In this document: positions 12,291 through 26,232 of the stretch, in pieces
Layout: every line of letters begins with the position of its first letter
Numbering within the stretch: the stretch's first letter is position 1
Source: Octopus sinensis
Lineage: Eukaryota
Reading direction: 5' to 3'
Length of the DNA: 64,000 bases
Assembly (NCBI RefSeq): GCF_006345805.1
Contig: NC_043004.1
Location: 11,160,001-11,224,000 of the forward strand
Notes under the pieces: model-generated
The model's input: only the letters and a program-made list of their open reading frames with translations
The model's database searches: none
What the model was told of the DNA's origin: nothing
Position numbers and translations under genes: made by a program

Positions 12291-13650
12291 AGCTCACGAT
12301 ATATGACAAAATTAATTTACTAAATTGGAGGATTACACATTACTTTTCTAGAATATTCTGTTGAGTCTGGGGAGAGTCATTCTCTTTTAGTGCTTGATAA
12401 TTCAACACACTCACCGGTAAAATATCCATTTATTTCGTTTTTATTTTTCTAAAATTTCCGTTGCGTCTTGTAACCTTTTCAATAGTTTTGTAGAATACAT
12501 ATTTATTTTACTTTCACAAGAAGAGGGACGTTAATGATTTGGAATTTTATACGTAGTAAATAGCCCGACAAAGGCTAGAAGACCAAAACCTCCAAGAACC
12601 TGTCACCCTTCTGATTGATAATGTATAATAATCCATCCATCCACCCATCCATCCATCCATACATACATACAAGCGCAGGCGCACATACATGTATGTATAT
12701 TATGTAGAAGAAACAGTATGGTATTGCAAGATTTATAGGACTTGTTTTTCAGCAACATGCCAAATCAATACGAAACAAAAGTAGAAATGTTATGTAACAA
12801 TGCAATTAACGTCACCAGTGACCCGCTATAAATACACCAATGCATGCCGCATCTCCAGATATATACACTCCCGTTACATAAGTATGATTAGCATGCTTGA
12901 AAGCGCATAAAATCACATCACAGACAAAACATCTCACCAAGGAAGTCTGAACAACACTACGCTTCTCTCAAGACCAAATGTACGATCGGAGAGAGAGAGA
13001 GCGGGGGAAATAGGGATGCAGGTGAGGGTAATGTGTGAGAGGAGGGGAAAGAGACAGAGACAGGGACAGAGATAGGGGGAAAGAGAATGTCTATGGATGT
13101 GCGCACCCACGCGCGCGCGTCTGTGAGTGTATTTGTATTTACTGACGAATGGTGTCGTACACTCACATAAACTCCGGAGCTTTACGAACAAGTTATTTCG
13201 AGATGTGTGTTCTACATCGAAAAATCGACATCCTCCATTATCACAGGCCGGAACGTTAGATGATCTGCACTTCTTCAACTAATAATTAACAACTCAGATG
13301 TCTTAAGTATCGAGTGTTAAATATCTTAGATAGAGGAGGTGTTTATTGGTGTTGACTAGAAAGGAAATAATGATCCTACAAGAAGCAGTCTTGCAATATA
13401 TGATATCATCTATAGCAGAGCTGACTAAAGGGACAATAGTAAACCTGTCCTGTGCATATAAACATTGCTGAAAATTTATACTATGTGAATGCACTATGAC
13501 ATTTATTCCATCTGAAATAATTAGAAACACACGCGCGCCCAAATGCATATACGAGCGTACAAACACAAACATCAATATATTATATTCATAGAAGGAAACA
13601 TATATATATAACAAACATATACATACATACACATACACACACAAACACAT

Positions 13651-13695
<45 letters not shown>

Positions 13696-13706
<11 letters not shown>

Positions 13707-13963
13707 ACTGTATATATATATATATATATATATATTAGTGTATGTGTGTGAATACATACCTATAGGTGTATATACATATACACAGACGTATAAGTATACA
13801 TATAATATATAGAAAGTTATGTGCATATATATATGTGTGTGTATATAAACATGTCTATGTATGTATATATGTATGTATGTATACATGAATATACACGCTC
13901 ATATACATACATACACACACACACACAACACACACACACACACACACACCACATATATATATA

Positions 13964-14003
<40 letters not shown>

Positions 14004-14225
14004 ACTGTATATATATATATATATATATTATTAGTGTATGTGTGTGAATACATACCTATAGGTGTATATACATATACACAGACGTATAAGTATACATATA
14101 AATATATAGAAAGTTATGTGCATATATATATATGTGTGTGTATATAAACATGTCTATGTATGTATATATGTATGTATGTATACATGAATATACACGCTCA
14201 TATACATACATACACACACACACAA

Positions 14226-14277
<52 letters not shown>

Positions 14278-14280
14278 CCA
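13696..14280 (+). repeat. Tandem duplication of a ~300-bp microsatellite-rich unit
   Basis: atacatgtatactg...gaatacatacctataggtg...gaaagttatgtgc...aatatacacgctc occurs twice almost identically (13696 and 13995). Confidence 0.85.
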
Positions 14281-14765
14281 TACACTCATACACATATACA
14301 CACACACACACGCGGTGATGAAACCTGATAATAGCTAAGGACACGTAATAGAAATAGTTTTCTGGATGCCGAATCAGTCCCGCATGTACAGATATACGAT
14401 ATACATATAAACGCTGAAGCATACGTATAAACACATGTGCAGCTGTCTGTTTATTCTTCTTACGCAGCAAGTTCTACCAAGCATATAGGGAAATATACCT
14501 ATAAACAGGATAGATAGAATGCGATAGATAGAAAGCGAGAGTTAGTGAGAACCACTTTTGTATACACATACGCGTGCGCACTTCAACGCACACGCACACA
14601 AGCAGAAACGCGCGCGCACACACACAAAAACATACATACACGCATCTCTTTCTCCTTACTATCTCCATCCCTCTATGTATGTATACATATATCTGTATAT
14701 ATGTATGCATATATATATATACATACATATATATATATAGATATATGTATGTATGTATATATATG

Positions 14766-14796
<31 letters not shown>

Positions 14797-14878
14797 TATA
14801 TATATATATATATTATATATATATATATATTATATACTTATATACGCATATATATGTATATATATACATATATACATG

Positions 14879-14911
<33 letters not shown>

Positions 14912-14930
14912 TTATATATATATATGTATA

Positions 14931-14966
<36 letters not shown>

Positions 14967-15092
14967 TGTATGTATATATATATCTGTATATACATATATA
15001 TGTATATATAAGTGTGTGTGTGTGCGTGTATATATATACATATATATATATTAATATATATGTATATATGTATATATATATGTATATATATG

Positions 15093-15192
<100 letters not shown>

Positions 15193-15619
15193 CAAATACA
15201 CAGACACGCACACATAGGCGAACAGCCAGCACTTAAATCCACAAGGCGCATGCACACGCAGGCGTGGATACAAATATATATGTGTGTATATATGCGTGAA
15301 TAAGGTCGAAACAGCATAAGGGAGGAATATATTGTGACAATAAATTCGAAACCGCGTTTGCAGAGGGTTTTTCAACCTAATGGACCCCTATGGAATCGTG
15401 ACATACTAAACAGAGAAATTCGACACGAAACATAACAGCCTCGTCCAATTTCGATCGATAAAAATCCACGGTCAGAGTTTTCCAGTTCCTATTTCAGCTC
15501 AACGTTGTATAGACCTGTGTGTGTGTGTGTCTGTGTGTGTGTGTGGGGGGGGGGGGAGATGGGAGAAAGAAAAACATTAGAAACATCAGAAATGTCAATA
15601 TCACAAAGTAATAACGAAC

Positions 15620-16174
15620 AACATCAGCATCATCATCATCATTATCATCCTCCTCCTCCTCCTTCTCCTCCTCCTTCATCATCATCATCATCTTCATCAT
15701 ATTCCTCAGCCTCACATATTCCACATTCTCGTCTTCCTCCTTCAATCATCATCATCTTCTTCTTCTTCTACTACTGCTACTACTACTGCTACTACTACTA
15801 CTACTACTACTACTGCTACTACTACTAGTTCTACTACTACTACTAGTTCTTCTACTACTACTGCTTCTTCTTTTGCTTCTTCTTCTTCTTCGTCTTCTTC
15901 ATCGTCTTCTTCACATCCACGTTCCCTTCGGAATTCTCCTCCTTGACTTCACCATTTTCGCCACCTCTACGACTACTGCAGACATCACCACCACCACAAG
16001 CATTATCGTCGTCATCATCATTATCATCATCATCATCATCGTCGTCGTCGTCGTCGTCATCATCATCATCACTGTGATCGTTGTGCAGATCATCAGGAAC
16101 GGCAAATTCGACATACAGCGCCATGAAAAATAATAGTACTCCTCCTTCTCCTCTTCCTCCTCCTCCTCCTCCTC

Positions 16175-16233
<59 letters not shown>

Positions 16234-16346
16234 GCCATTCCTACTGCTGCTGTTACTCCTACTACTACTACTACAAATAATAATGATAATAATAATAATA
16301 ACAATAACAACAACAACAACAACAGCAATAATAATATAATAATAAT

Positions 16347-16377
<31 letters not shown>

Positions 16378-16410
16378 GCAATAATAATAATAAAATAATA
16401 ATAATAATCA
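15620..16410. repeat. Compound trinucleotide repeat mosaic (CAT, CCT, CTT, CTA, CGT, AAT, AAC)
   Basis: Directly visible adjacent blocks. Confidence 0.95.
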
Positions 16411-16639
16411 TTGTAGTAATAAATTTATTGCAACAGGATGGATTGAAGAAGTAGACGTCAAGGCCCAGCCAAGACTCGCTGATGATATTAAAGAGACGGT
16501 ATTCTCCTATAACCCTCTGGGGTCCTTTTTAACGAGCTTTCAACAAACATTTATAGCAAATGTAACAGGATATATGTATATACCTGTCATCTCTCCCATT
16601 TATTTCCATCTTCTTTCAGTTCATTACGGAATATTGATT

Positions 16640-16670
16640 AATGATAATAATAATAATAATAATAATAATG

Positions 16671-16731
<61 letters not shown>

Positions 16732-16750
16732 TAATAATAATAATAATGAT
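16640..16750. repeat. (AAT)n microsatellite
   Basis: Direct. Confidence 0.95.
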
Positions 16751-17166
16751 AGCAATAATAGTAATTGCGATAAAGATGGTATAGATAATATATTTTTGTT
16801 TACCACGGAGCGGGGGCGGCGTGAACGAGAAGTCCATCATGACAGGTTACAATTTTTGCGCGGGTTACATATATAAACTAGATGGAAAGAAAGAAATGGT
16901 CGTGAAATAGGCTCCGAAGCTCGAGATTTTAGGGTGCGTTGGGGGAGGGGGTAAGTCGATTTACATTACTCTCGATACTTTATTGATGCTTCATTTCATC
17001 AACGCCCCACACCACTGGGATTAAAACGTAAATTTGATCTCTCTGGCATTTGATCCACGTACGTACAGAACAAGTACAAATTATTGCTAGTCATTCTGTC
17101 CGATGCACAAACGATTCAATTACTCCAGTAATGATGATGATAATAATAATAATAATAATAATAATG

Positions 17167-17212
<46 letters not shown>

Positions 17213-17213
<1 letters not shown>

Positions 17214-17367
17214 GATGCAGTACCAGGCAGTGACTCTCGTGGCTTCTGATCTTAACTGTTTGGAAGTGTTATCATGTACATTGTTTTTCTTGGTATAAAA
17301 GATGGACTACAGCAAATATTCTACTCAATACCACAGATTTGTTTGTCAGTTGTTTGACTTTAACCAG
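17213..17367. mobile_element. Fragment of the (TAA)n-embedded interspersed repeat
   Basis: tgatcttaactg..ggaagtgttatcatgtacattg..cagcaaatattct..ttgtcagttgtttgac matches 32144-32265; follows an (AAT)n tract. Confidence 0.8.
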
Positions 17368-18243
17368 AAGATTGTTGGAGGGAAAGAGCAATGATACACT
17401 AGGCATTGACGAAATCGAACTAACCAGTCTGTTCAGTAGGATTTTCGAGCTGGGGACGATGGATAACATCCCAAAATCCTTAGCTTGGCAGTGTTACCGG
17501 GGGATATGGGGCATTGCCGGTTCGAGATAAATTCTACAGGAACAGAAGTACTATCAGACGGACCTGCCTGAGATGCGCGCAGAGCGACGAAACCGTTCTG
17601 CACGTACCCGTCCAATGTCCTTGCATTACTGACATGCGGAGTTATGTTGAACAGCTGTTATCACGTGTAGGATGGATCCGGCTATCGGCCACGTCCATAG
17701 TGAAGATTGATCCGCCGTTTTCCATCGGTCCGGAAGGGCAGGCAATTTTCTTCTGTCTGATAGCAGTGGCGAAAGAGGTTGCATGGTGACCCAGGTTGAA
17801 AGGACTGAAGACAGACACTTTTCTTTTCGGCCAATCCCTCATAAACTTTTTCAAATTTTAATTGGAAAGGAAGATGCGGGTGGAGAGAGAAGTGCTTCCT
17901 CCCACTACATTTGCTAAAATGGAGTGAATGTAGCGAAAATGGCATGTGTGAGTGGACCCACTCTAATAATGCGCCTGTAGGCTAGTGAATTTGAGAGGGA
18001 GAAGGGTACGCTCTTCCTAGATGCCCTCGAAGTGTCCAGTGGTTCAGCATTGGTGGGGTACCTGAGCCAACTCCATGTGGCTATCCCCCCACCATTGCTA
18101 TATATTTTTGTTGGATATCATTGCTATTGTTTTATTTGTGTACTCGTTGTTTCTGTGTAGAATCCCCAGTGTCCATGTCTACTGTATCGTCTCCTATATA
18201 TCGGCCCTAGTGTCCAATAAATGAAATAATAATTATTATTATT
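17368..18243 (+). mobile_element. 5'-truncated Tx1/L1-clade LINE 3' end with zf-RVT-like region
   Basis: Broken frames read KSLAWQCYRG / RDKFYRNRSTIRRTCLRCAQSDETVLHVPVQC (CxxC..H..C) / FFCLIAVAKEVAW; 3' UTR with AATAAA and short AAT/ATT tail. Confidence 0.75.
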
Positions 18244-18845
18244 GGCAGAACCTTATCACGCCAGGCATAATGCTTAGCAGTGGAGGCGTAATGGCCCAGT
18301 GGTTAGCGCAGCGGACTCGCGGTCATTGAATCGCGGTTTCGATTCCCAGACCGGGCGTTGTGAGTGTTTATTGAGCGAAAACACCTAAAAGCTCCACGAG
18401 GCTCCGGCAGGGGATGGTGGTGATCCCTGCTGTAATCTTTCACCACAACTTTCTCTCACTCTTACTTCCTGTTTCTGTTGTACCTGTATTTCAAGGGGCC
18501 GGCCTTGTCACTCTCTGTGTCACGCTGAATATCCCCGAGAACTACGTTAAGGGTGCACGTGTCTGTGGAGTGCTCAGCCACTTACACGTTAATTTCACGA
18601 GCAGGCTGTTGCGTTGATTCGGATCAACCGGAACCCTCATCGTCGTAACCGACGGAGTGCTTCCAATGCTTAGCAGCATTTCTCCCGTTGCTACGTTCTG
18701 AGTTCAAGTTCCATCGATGTCGACTTTGCCTTTCATCATTTTGGTGTCGATAAATTGTGTGCCAGTTGAGCTTTTGGGATGGATGTAATCGACTTAACCC
18801 CTTCCTCCAAATTTCAGGCCTTGTGTCTATAGTAGAAAGGAGTAT
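18243..18845 (+). mobile_element. SINE family C copy interrupted by a family B SINE
   Basis: tggcagaacc..aatgcttagcag at 18243-18280 resumes at 18665 with aatgcttagcag..gttctgagttcaag..gtcgactttgcc. Confidence 0.75.
18282..18662 (+). mobile_element. tRNA-derived SINE family B (long-tail variant) with 12-bp TSD
   Basis: A-box-like tggcccagtggttag and B-box-like gtttcgattccc; AATGCTTAGCAG duplicated at 18269-18280 and 18665-18676. Confidence 0.85.
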
Positions 18846-19170
18846 TATTATTACTTAAGGCATCGCACAGTATCCAATATCTTGATGTTGTTGATTGAAA
18901 ATGTGTCTACGGGGATTTATACTGTCTGTCAAGTCACAACAAGGACCTCAGATGGACAGTACTTCATACAATATGCGTGCAGTTCCATGTAGTGCCGATT
19001 TTTGCGATACCCCTAGATAGTAGGGTATTTTAAAGTTTGCAGATGTTTCTTTATGTTGGGTGGTATTGAACCCAATGCTCCGATGACAATAGGGACAACC
19101 CTTTTGCCTGACTCTTGTAGGTGCCACATCTTAGAGATCTCAATTCTCAGATGGTGGCAGTAACGTTAAA
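18843..19170 (-). mobile_element. R4/Dong-clade LINE 3' end
   Basis: Minus strand reads EISKMWHL..VVPIVIGALGSIPPNIKKHL..QKSALHGTARILYEVLSI*, the end of a restriction-like endonuclease domain, followed by a short UTR and (TAA)n. Confidence 0.75.
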
Positions 19171-20159
19171 GTTTGTATATGCTGGTACGTAGTTTTATGC
19201 AGAGAAATGAGAACAGATTTTGATCCCTCTCCATAAATGTTTGGCCTTATGCGAATCGGAGAAATCATTTACGGCATTGCCGATAACAGGCAATAATAAT
19301 TAAAATGATGTTGCAGATTATCACGTTATTGTTATAATTGTTATTAAATGATCGACTTAATTGAAATGCTTTTAATTTCGGCCCTATTAATACTGAATTA
19401 ATATCACAGCGAATCTACTTAGTCTTTCATTTCCTGAAGTATGCTCGAAATGATTTCACTAACTATGTCCCTTCCTTAAAAATGTGTAATCTACGAATCG
19501 ACAGGGAGGCATTTTCAAACCACCTTCAATGCAAAACTCACCTTCATAAAATGGACGTATTCAATAGTATGTGAAAGGAAAACAAAAGCGGTTTAGTTAT
19601 GGTTGGATATATCTTTGATCATAGATGCGCTGAATTGATCTGGGACTTCACAAGAACAAAAGCAACATGTGTAAACTTGTCCGAATATAATAAATCATTA
19701 TTAATCATTTTGCTATTAATTCTGTTTTTACGACGGCAGAGAAAACAATCTAATTGAGAAAATATAACAACTGGTCCTAAATGGACTGTTGTATTCCTGT
19801 TCATAGTTCGAATTCCACTGATACTAAATACAATAGTTGTTTTAGGTGTAGCTCATTGATTTAACCTATTATCAAAAGCGAATCAAGCATGATCGATCCG
19901 TTCGTTTGATATAACTTTTTACCAATGTAATATTCATTCGTTGAGATGGTAGAGTATGATATGTGGGAGATTTTCACATCTAACCCAAGCATATCTAATC
20001 ACTGTGTAAAAGTTCTTTTAGTGTTTGGTAAGATATCTTAATTGCTGTTATTATCATTGTTTTTTTCTTGTTTTGTTACAGCGGTAATTGTTCTTTAAAG
20101 TGATAACTAGATACATCGTACTGATGTTCGACTACAGAGGGTGACGGCACAATGAACCA

Positions 20160-20420
<261 letters not shown>

Positions 20421-21387
20421 CGTTGTCGTTTTCTTGACGGGACATATCTATGTTGAATGAGTTGCCACCGTTTGTCATTCAAGTCCTCGTCTGTCTCATG
20501 TGTCGCTCCATGTTACAAGACGGTAAACAGTGGTTTGAGGTAGATTCAGCCTCTTGTTACTCGCAGGTATTTTGTTATGGCTTCGCCACATGAAAGTCTT
20601 GATTTATAAGACCAATTGCGAAAATCATTCCTGTCTTGCTCATTCGGTCTTTTATTCAGACGTAGTATGTAACATTATATTTTTCCATGGGGCATTTAAA
20701 AACAAAAATATCCGTGATGACATGTAGTTGCTTTCTTTAACAATTGAAACGTCGAAACGACCGTGTAGAATATTCTTTGTGCGATCAGTTTTGATAGAGC
20801 CCAGTATTGGAAACTTTTCATTTCAAAGTCGAAGATTAATCTTGAAGGAAATAAAAGAATGAAATAAGCTACGATGTCACATACTGACAGGATTTACTGT
20901 AAGGAAATGAAAGAGTGGAATCTTGATGTAAACATAAAATGTTACTTCGACCACTGTAAACATACGTTTCTCTCTCGTTACAGTATTGGACAATTTAATT
21001 CAGAAGCCGATCAGCATCAATAGCAAAGACAGTTTAATTGATGGAATATCGATTTCCAAATTTGGCACAAATCCACACGTTCTTAGGAGATACGATGTAG
21101 TTACTTCAATCGACGAACTCGCTTATTTGAATGATACATATTTTATGATTCTATGAACTTAAAAGTTCAATTCGGCTTAAACCGGCTTTGAGGAATAAGA
21201 ACTTACCGAAAGGAACATGGCTTTTCAAAGCGCGTGGCATTTAGTCCGGCGGGTTATTATCAATACCTCTGTAACACCTCAAAATTGATATTTTGAGATA
21301 TGATACTTACATACTGGAGAGCAATGGGAATATTCCATTACACACATTTATATCTATATATCAGAATAGTATACATTTCTACATTCA

Positions 21388-21432
<45 letters not shown>

Positions 21433-21456
21433 GTATGTACGTATGTTTTATGTATA

Positions 21457-21621
21457 GGCACAGGAGTGGCTGAGTGGTATGAAGCTTGTTTCCCAATCAC
21501 ATGCTCCCGGGTTCAGTCCCATTGCATGGCATCTTGGGCAAGTGTTTTCTATTATAGCCTCGGGCCGACCAAAGCATTGTGCGTGGATTAGGTAGATGGA
21601 AACTGAAAGAAGCCCGTCGTT

Positions 21622-21690
<69 letters not shown>

Positions 21691-21884
21691 CTGTGCGTGT
21701 GTGTGTATGCCTGTGTTTGTTCCCTCACATCTCTTGACAAACGATATTGGTGTGTTTACGTCCCCGTAACTTAACGGTTCGGCAAAGGAAACCGATAAAA
21801 TAAGTACTAGGCTGAGTAAGAATATGTCCCGGGGTCGATTTATTCGAATAAAAATGACTGAAACAAATCAAAGAATAAAAGAAT
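21457..21884 (+). mobile_element. tRNA-derived SINE family A
   Basis: ggcacaggagtggctgagtggt head, ccgggttcagtccc B-box-like motif, internal (TA)/(TG) array, conserved 3' body. Confidence 0.85.
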
Positions 21885-22021
21885 ATATATTGCACACAGA
21901 CACACAACACCCCCCAACTCTCTTTCTCTGTCACATACGCACGCGCGCGTACATGTATACATACATACATACATACATATATATATATACACACACACAC
22001 TAACACACACAGATATATATA

Positions 22022-22070
<49 letters not shown>

Positions 22071-22084
22071 ATATAAAATATGTT

Positions 22085-22420
22085 CTGTTCGTCTGTGTGT
22101 GTCTCTTCTAGGATCTCGGGCATCCTCCATCCGATTGCGCTCAAATTTGATATGTAGATACCAACGGTATCAGGGCGTGTACAAGTCTTGAAAAAATTTT
22201 TTAAATCGATTCCAGGTGAGAATGCGATCGATAAAGCCGTGGGTACGTGCATTTTTACGCGCAAGTACATCAACTGTTGCGATCGATACTACTTCCTCCG
22301 CCAACCTGTACATAACTGCACCTTCCGTTTTTTGTTGTTTTTGTACTGCTTAAAGTCACGTTTATTTCCTGCCAAGCTTACTGTTTAAATCGGAAAAATT
22401 TTTTTTTGAGAAAATTTGGT
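22085..22420. mobile_element. Possible non-autonomous Helentron-type (HINE/DINE-1-like) element
   Basis: tctgttcgtctgtgtgtgtctc..ggatctcgg..ccgattgcgctcaaatttgatatgtag resembles the DINE-1/HINE core; repeated tgcgatcgata motifs. Confidence 0.4.
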
Positions 22421-22567
22421 TTAAATGTTTGACAACTCAGCACTGTCCATTGGATGGGGGAGTGTTTTGCTCGTATATATATATGAGCACTTAGGTGCAA
22501 AACAAAGTGGCCAAGATTGTACTCGAATACCAAAGGTACAGTAAAATGCTATTTTTGTATATCTATT

Positions 22568-22988
22568 ATCTTTTACGTGTGTGAGTCATTTGCTTACGAC
22601 CATGCTGGGGCATCAACTTGAAGAATTTTAGCCGAGCGAACCGAACCCATTTTTCAATCTTTAAAAGCCGGATATAGTTTGTTTCGGTCTCTTTTTCGGA
22701 ACTGGTGTTTCATGGACGTAAACACACTGACACCGCTGGCCAAGAGCTGTGCGGGGTGCAAACGTAGACACAAATACACAGACACACACGTACATGCACA
22801 TACAAACACACGATCACACACACACACGCACATAACCACCCACCCACACACACACACATACATACACACATGCACGCACGCACACATACACACATGCATG
22901 CACGCACACACACACACACACACGACTGTTTTCTTTCAGTTTCCGTCTACCAAATCCATTCACAAGGTTTTGGGCGGCCCGAGGCTAC
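22568..22988 (-). mobile_element. Diverged SINE family A copy
   Basis: ttctttcagtttccgtctaccaaatccattcacaagg and catgctggggca match the family A reverse complement. Confidence 0.7.
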
Positions 22989-23320
22989 GGGAAGAGGAGA
23001 TGCTAAGAACTTACCGAATCCACACCACGGGCTCACACGCATGCAAATAATTACACACATAAACACATACGTACTTGTGCACGCGCGCGCGACGGCGTGC
23101 GAAGGCACTATCTCCCTCTGAAATTCTCATTCACATTTTCCTAAATATAAATATAAAGTCTGATAACTAGCCGACGTCCTGATCTAGAGTCGATGGGGCA
23201 TACCACTGTTGAGGTCACGCTTAGCGAGAAAAGGGCGATTTGACCTAGCGATTTATAAAACAATCGATTAGTTACCTGGTTAAATAGCAAAGCAGATTAA
23301 TGATAATAATAATGATAATA

Positions 23321-23384
<64 letters not shown>

Positions 23385-23385
23385 C

Positions 23386-24802
23386 ATATTTGATATTTGA
23401 TCTCTGTTGACCGCAAGGGTTCCACACTTCTTTTGTTTCCCAATCGTACAAGAATGTGAAGCCCCATTGTTGGCCTCCTTCTCACCATCTGCCGAACCTA
23501 TTTACAAATCTGTGGAATTTGGTATATTCACCAAGCTGCTTCTCTTCCTCCTACTATCTCCTCAAACCTTCACATATCTATGATTATCTGAAGTATAATA
23601 CAAAAGTCAAAACTGAACATTTAATAATACCACACAGTTATAGGAGAAAATATGGCCGACTTAACCAAATAACGGTTATACTGTCGCCATGGCTACAAAG
23701 ATTAACAACAACGATATAGATCAAGACACTATTGGTGGTCACTAACGTTGAACAATGCTGTAATGGCAAGGTTAAAGTGATTGTAACGGTATTAATGGCG
23801 GAGTTGACAATAGTGGCAGAGACACAACCATCCCTACATCTGCCACACAGGGCTCAATACTAATAATTTTAATAGAGTACAAATATGTCTTACGAAACAA
23901 CAAGGAAAACTACATCAGTACACCGAATTGCTTGTCCTATGGTTAATCTGGAAGCGCGTCCTCCAGGAGAAAGGTTGAAAGATCATCTACTGGCACAAAC
24001 TCTCCTCTGAATACGAACCTGGATTGCCAAACTGCCCCAAATTGAGCCCTCCATGTTCACCACCACACCGACTACAGAAAGAAATATGTAAGAGGATCAA
24101 ATGGACTCGAGAATAGTATACAGAAGTAACGTATACCTATTGCTATTCATTAGGCACGCCATCTGCAGAGAAACACACCGCATATTCTTATTAAATATGG
24201 ACAACACGAAATCAAGACAGTAGGCGATTATATCTGAACGAGAACAAGTTAACAAATCTGTGGAGGTGTGTCTTCGGAAATGAAAGACTCATCGTGAAAT
24301 TTCTGCGATCAAGGAGGCAGCGGAAACTGTCCTAAATATAAGACAGAAAGGAAATGACGAATCAGACAAAGATAGCAACTCTCCACCAGTCTCAATTGAA
24401 AGACTGCCATCTGACCAGAACACGTAAATGTCCGAAGAAATACATTGTAATGAAGATGATAAAGATAGCTAATACAGTAGTAAAGAAACAATATTTGAAG
24501 ACTATGCGTTTACTGAAGAACATAGAGCGTGTTGCAAAAAAGGAGTGACGGCTAATACTCCCCTTGACAAAGACAGAAGAGATCAATCGATCTTTCTAAC
24601 ACATATGGGCATTACTCTCTACTTTAAAGCAACCTATTTTCATCTAGGCGTAGGAGTGGCTGTGTGGTAAATAGCTTGCTTACCAACCACATGGTTCCGG
24701 GTTCAGTCCCACTGTGTGGCACCTTGGGCCTTCTACTATAGCCTCGGGCCGACCTAAGCCTTGTGAGTGGATTTGATAGACGGAAACTGAAAGAAGCCCG
24801 TC

Positions 24803-24882
<80 letters not shown>

Positions 24883-25820
24883 TGTGTGTGGTGTGTGTGT
24901 GTGTGTTGTGTGTTTTGTGTCTGTTTGTCCACCCCCAACATCGCTTGACAAACGATGCTGGTGTGTATACGTACCCGTAACTTAGCGGTTCGGCACAATA
25001 GACTGATACTAGTCGATTTGCTCGATTCCAGCATATCCACAGTCAAAATGACTGAAACAAGTAAAAGAGAGTAAAAGAGTCTATGACAGAACTGAAGCAG
25101 AAATTCCGAATTAGCATGCAGTCGTAAGGCACGACAACATGGTAGGGAAGCATTCCATAAATCATCAACTACGACCAAAATAGAGAACAAATTAAAATTG
25201 GAAACTATGCAACGAAAAATATTTTGCAAGAACTAAAACCAGATTTCACTGACTTAAACGAAATTATTTACATAGTGGTTAAAAAAATTGAAACCAGTTG
25301 CATGCCCCTGAAAAAGCAAAGTAATACAAACCTAAGAAGAATTCCAACCTGAAAAAGTAAAATTGAAAATGAGATTGAAATAATGAGAGGTGAAATGTCA
25401 ATGTCGAATGAACTAATCTGTGGAAACGATGTAAAATCTAGGAAGAGAAAAAAGATGAAGAGTAAACTTATATTATCACCGAGAGAAGAACTGCTTTAAA
25501 AAAAAAAAGAAATGCGGCAAAAAAAAGTTCAAGCAAAAGCTCACAGAATACGAAGATTTGAGAAGAGAAACATATTTTACAATCAAAATAAGCTGTTCAC
25601 ATCCAGTGCGAAAACATTTTACAAAGAACACTTTACAAAGAAACAGGGAAGAAGTAAATAACTGTTGAAGACCCGACCCCTCTCATGGAAGAAGTTGAAA
25701 ACTTTTGGAAAAATATCTGGAGTGATGAAAAGACTTACAATGAAAATGCAAACTGGATTAGACGCACAGATCGATCCTACCAACACTTACCAGAACCAGC
25801 ATGGGAAGACAATCAAAATA
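23386..25820 (+). mobile_element. R4/Dong-clade LINE 5' portion (5' UTR and degenerate N-terminal ORF), interrupted by a SINE
   Basis: Begins right after (AAT)n. Degenerate frames give RIKWTRE near 24095, KVQAKAHRIRRFEKRNIFYNQNKLF near 25525 and EEVENFWKNIWSDEKTYNENANWI (25685 ORF), all typical Dong/R4 pre-RT motifs. Confidence 0.75.
24647..25080 (+). mobile_element. tRNA-derived SINE family A inserted in the Dong element
   Basis: ggcgtaggagtggctgtgtggt head, ggttcagtccc, 3' gactgaaacaagtaaaagag. Confidence 0.85.
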
Positions 25821-25842
25821 TATATATATATATATATTTTTT

Positions 25843-26042
25843 TACTCTCTTTTACTCTACTTGTTTCAGTCATTTGACTGCGGCCATGCTGGAGGACCGC
25901 CTTTAGTCGAGCAAATCGACACCAGCACCAATTCTTTGTAAACTTAGTACTTATTCTATCGGTCTATTTTGCCGAACCGCTAAGTTACGGGGACGCAAGC
26001 ACACCAGCGTCGGTGCCAATCGATGTTGGTGGACAAACACAC

Positions 26043-26073
<31 letters not shown>

Positions 26074-26232
26074 CATATATACGACAGGCTTCTTCCAGTT
26101 TCCACTCACAAAGCTTTGGTCGGCCCGATGCAATAGTAGAAGACACTTGCCCAAGGTGCCACGTAGTGGGAATGAACCCGGAACCATGTGGATGGTAAAG
26201 CAAGCTACTTACCACACAGCCATTCTTGCGCC
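25843..26232 (-). mobile_element. tRNA-derived SINE family A
   Basis: Full reverse-complement copy. Confidence 0.85.

Noticed and set aside
11140-12490. Repeat-like segments at 11140-11490 and 12335-12490 that may be PLE fragments
   Set aside because: No diagnostic protein motif or ribozyme core visible; needs a library search.
18285-18350. tRNA gene calls for SINE heads (also 27420-27486, 48450-48510, 60496-60560)
   Set aside because: A and B boxes continue into SINE bodies without a complete cloverleaf or acceptor stem.
23400-23500. HDV-like ribozyme at the Dong 5' end
   Set aside because: A hairpin is present but P1.1 GG, P2 and the catalytic C could not be placed.
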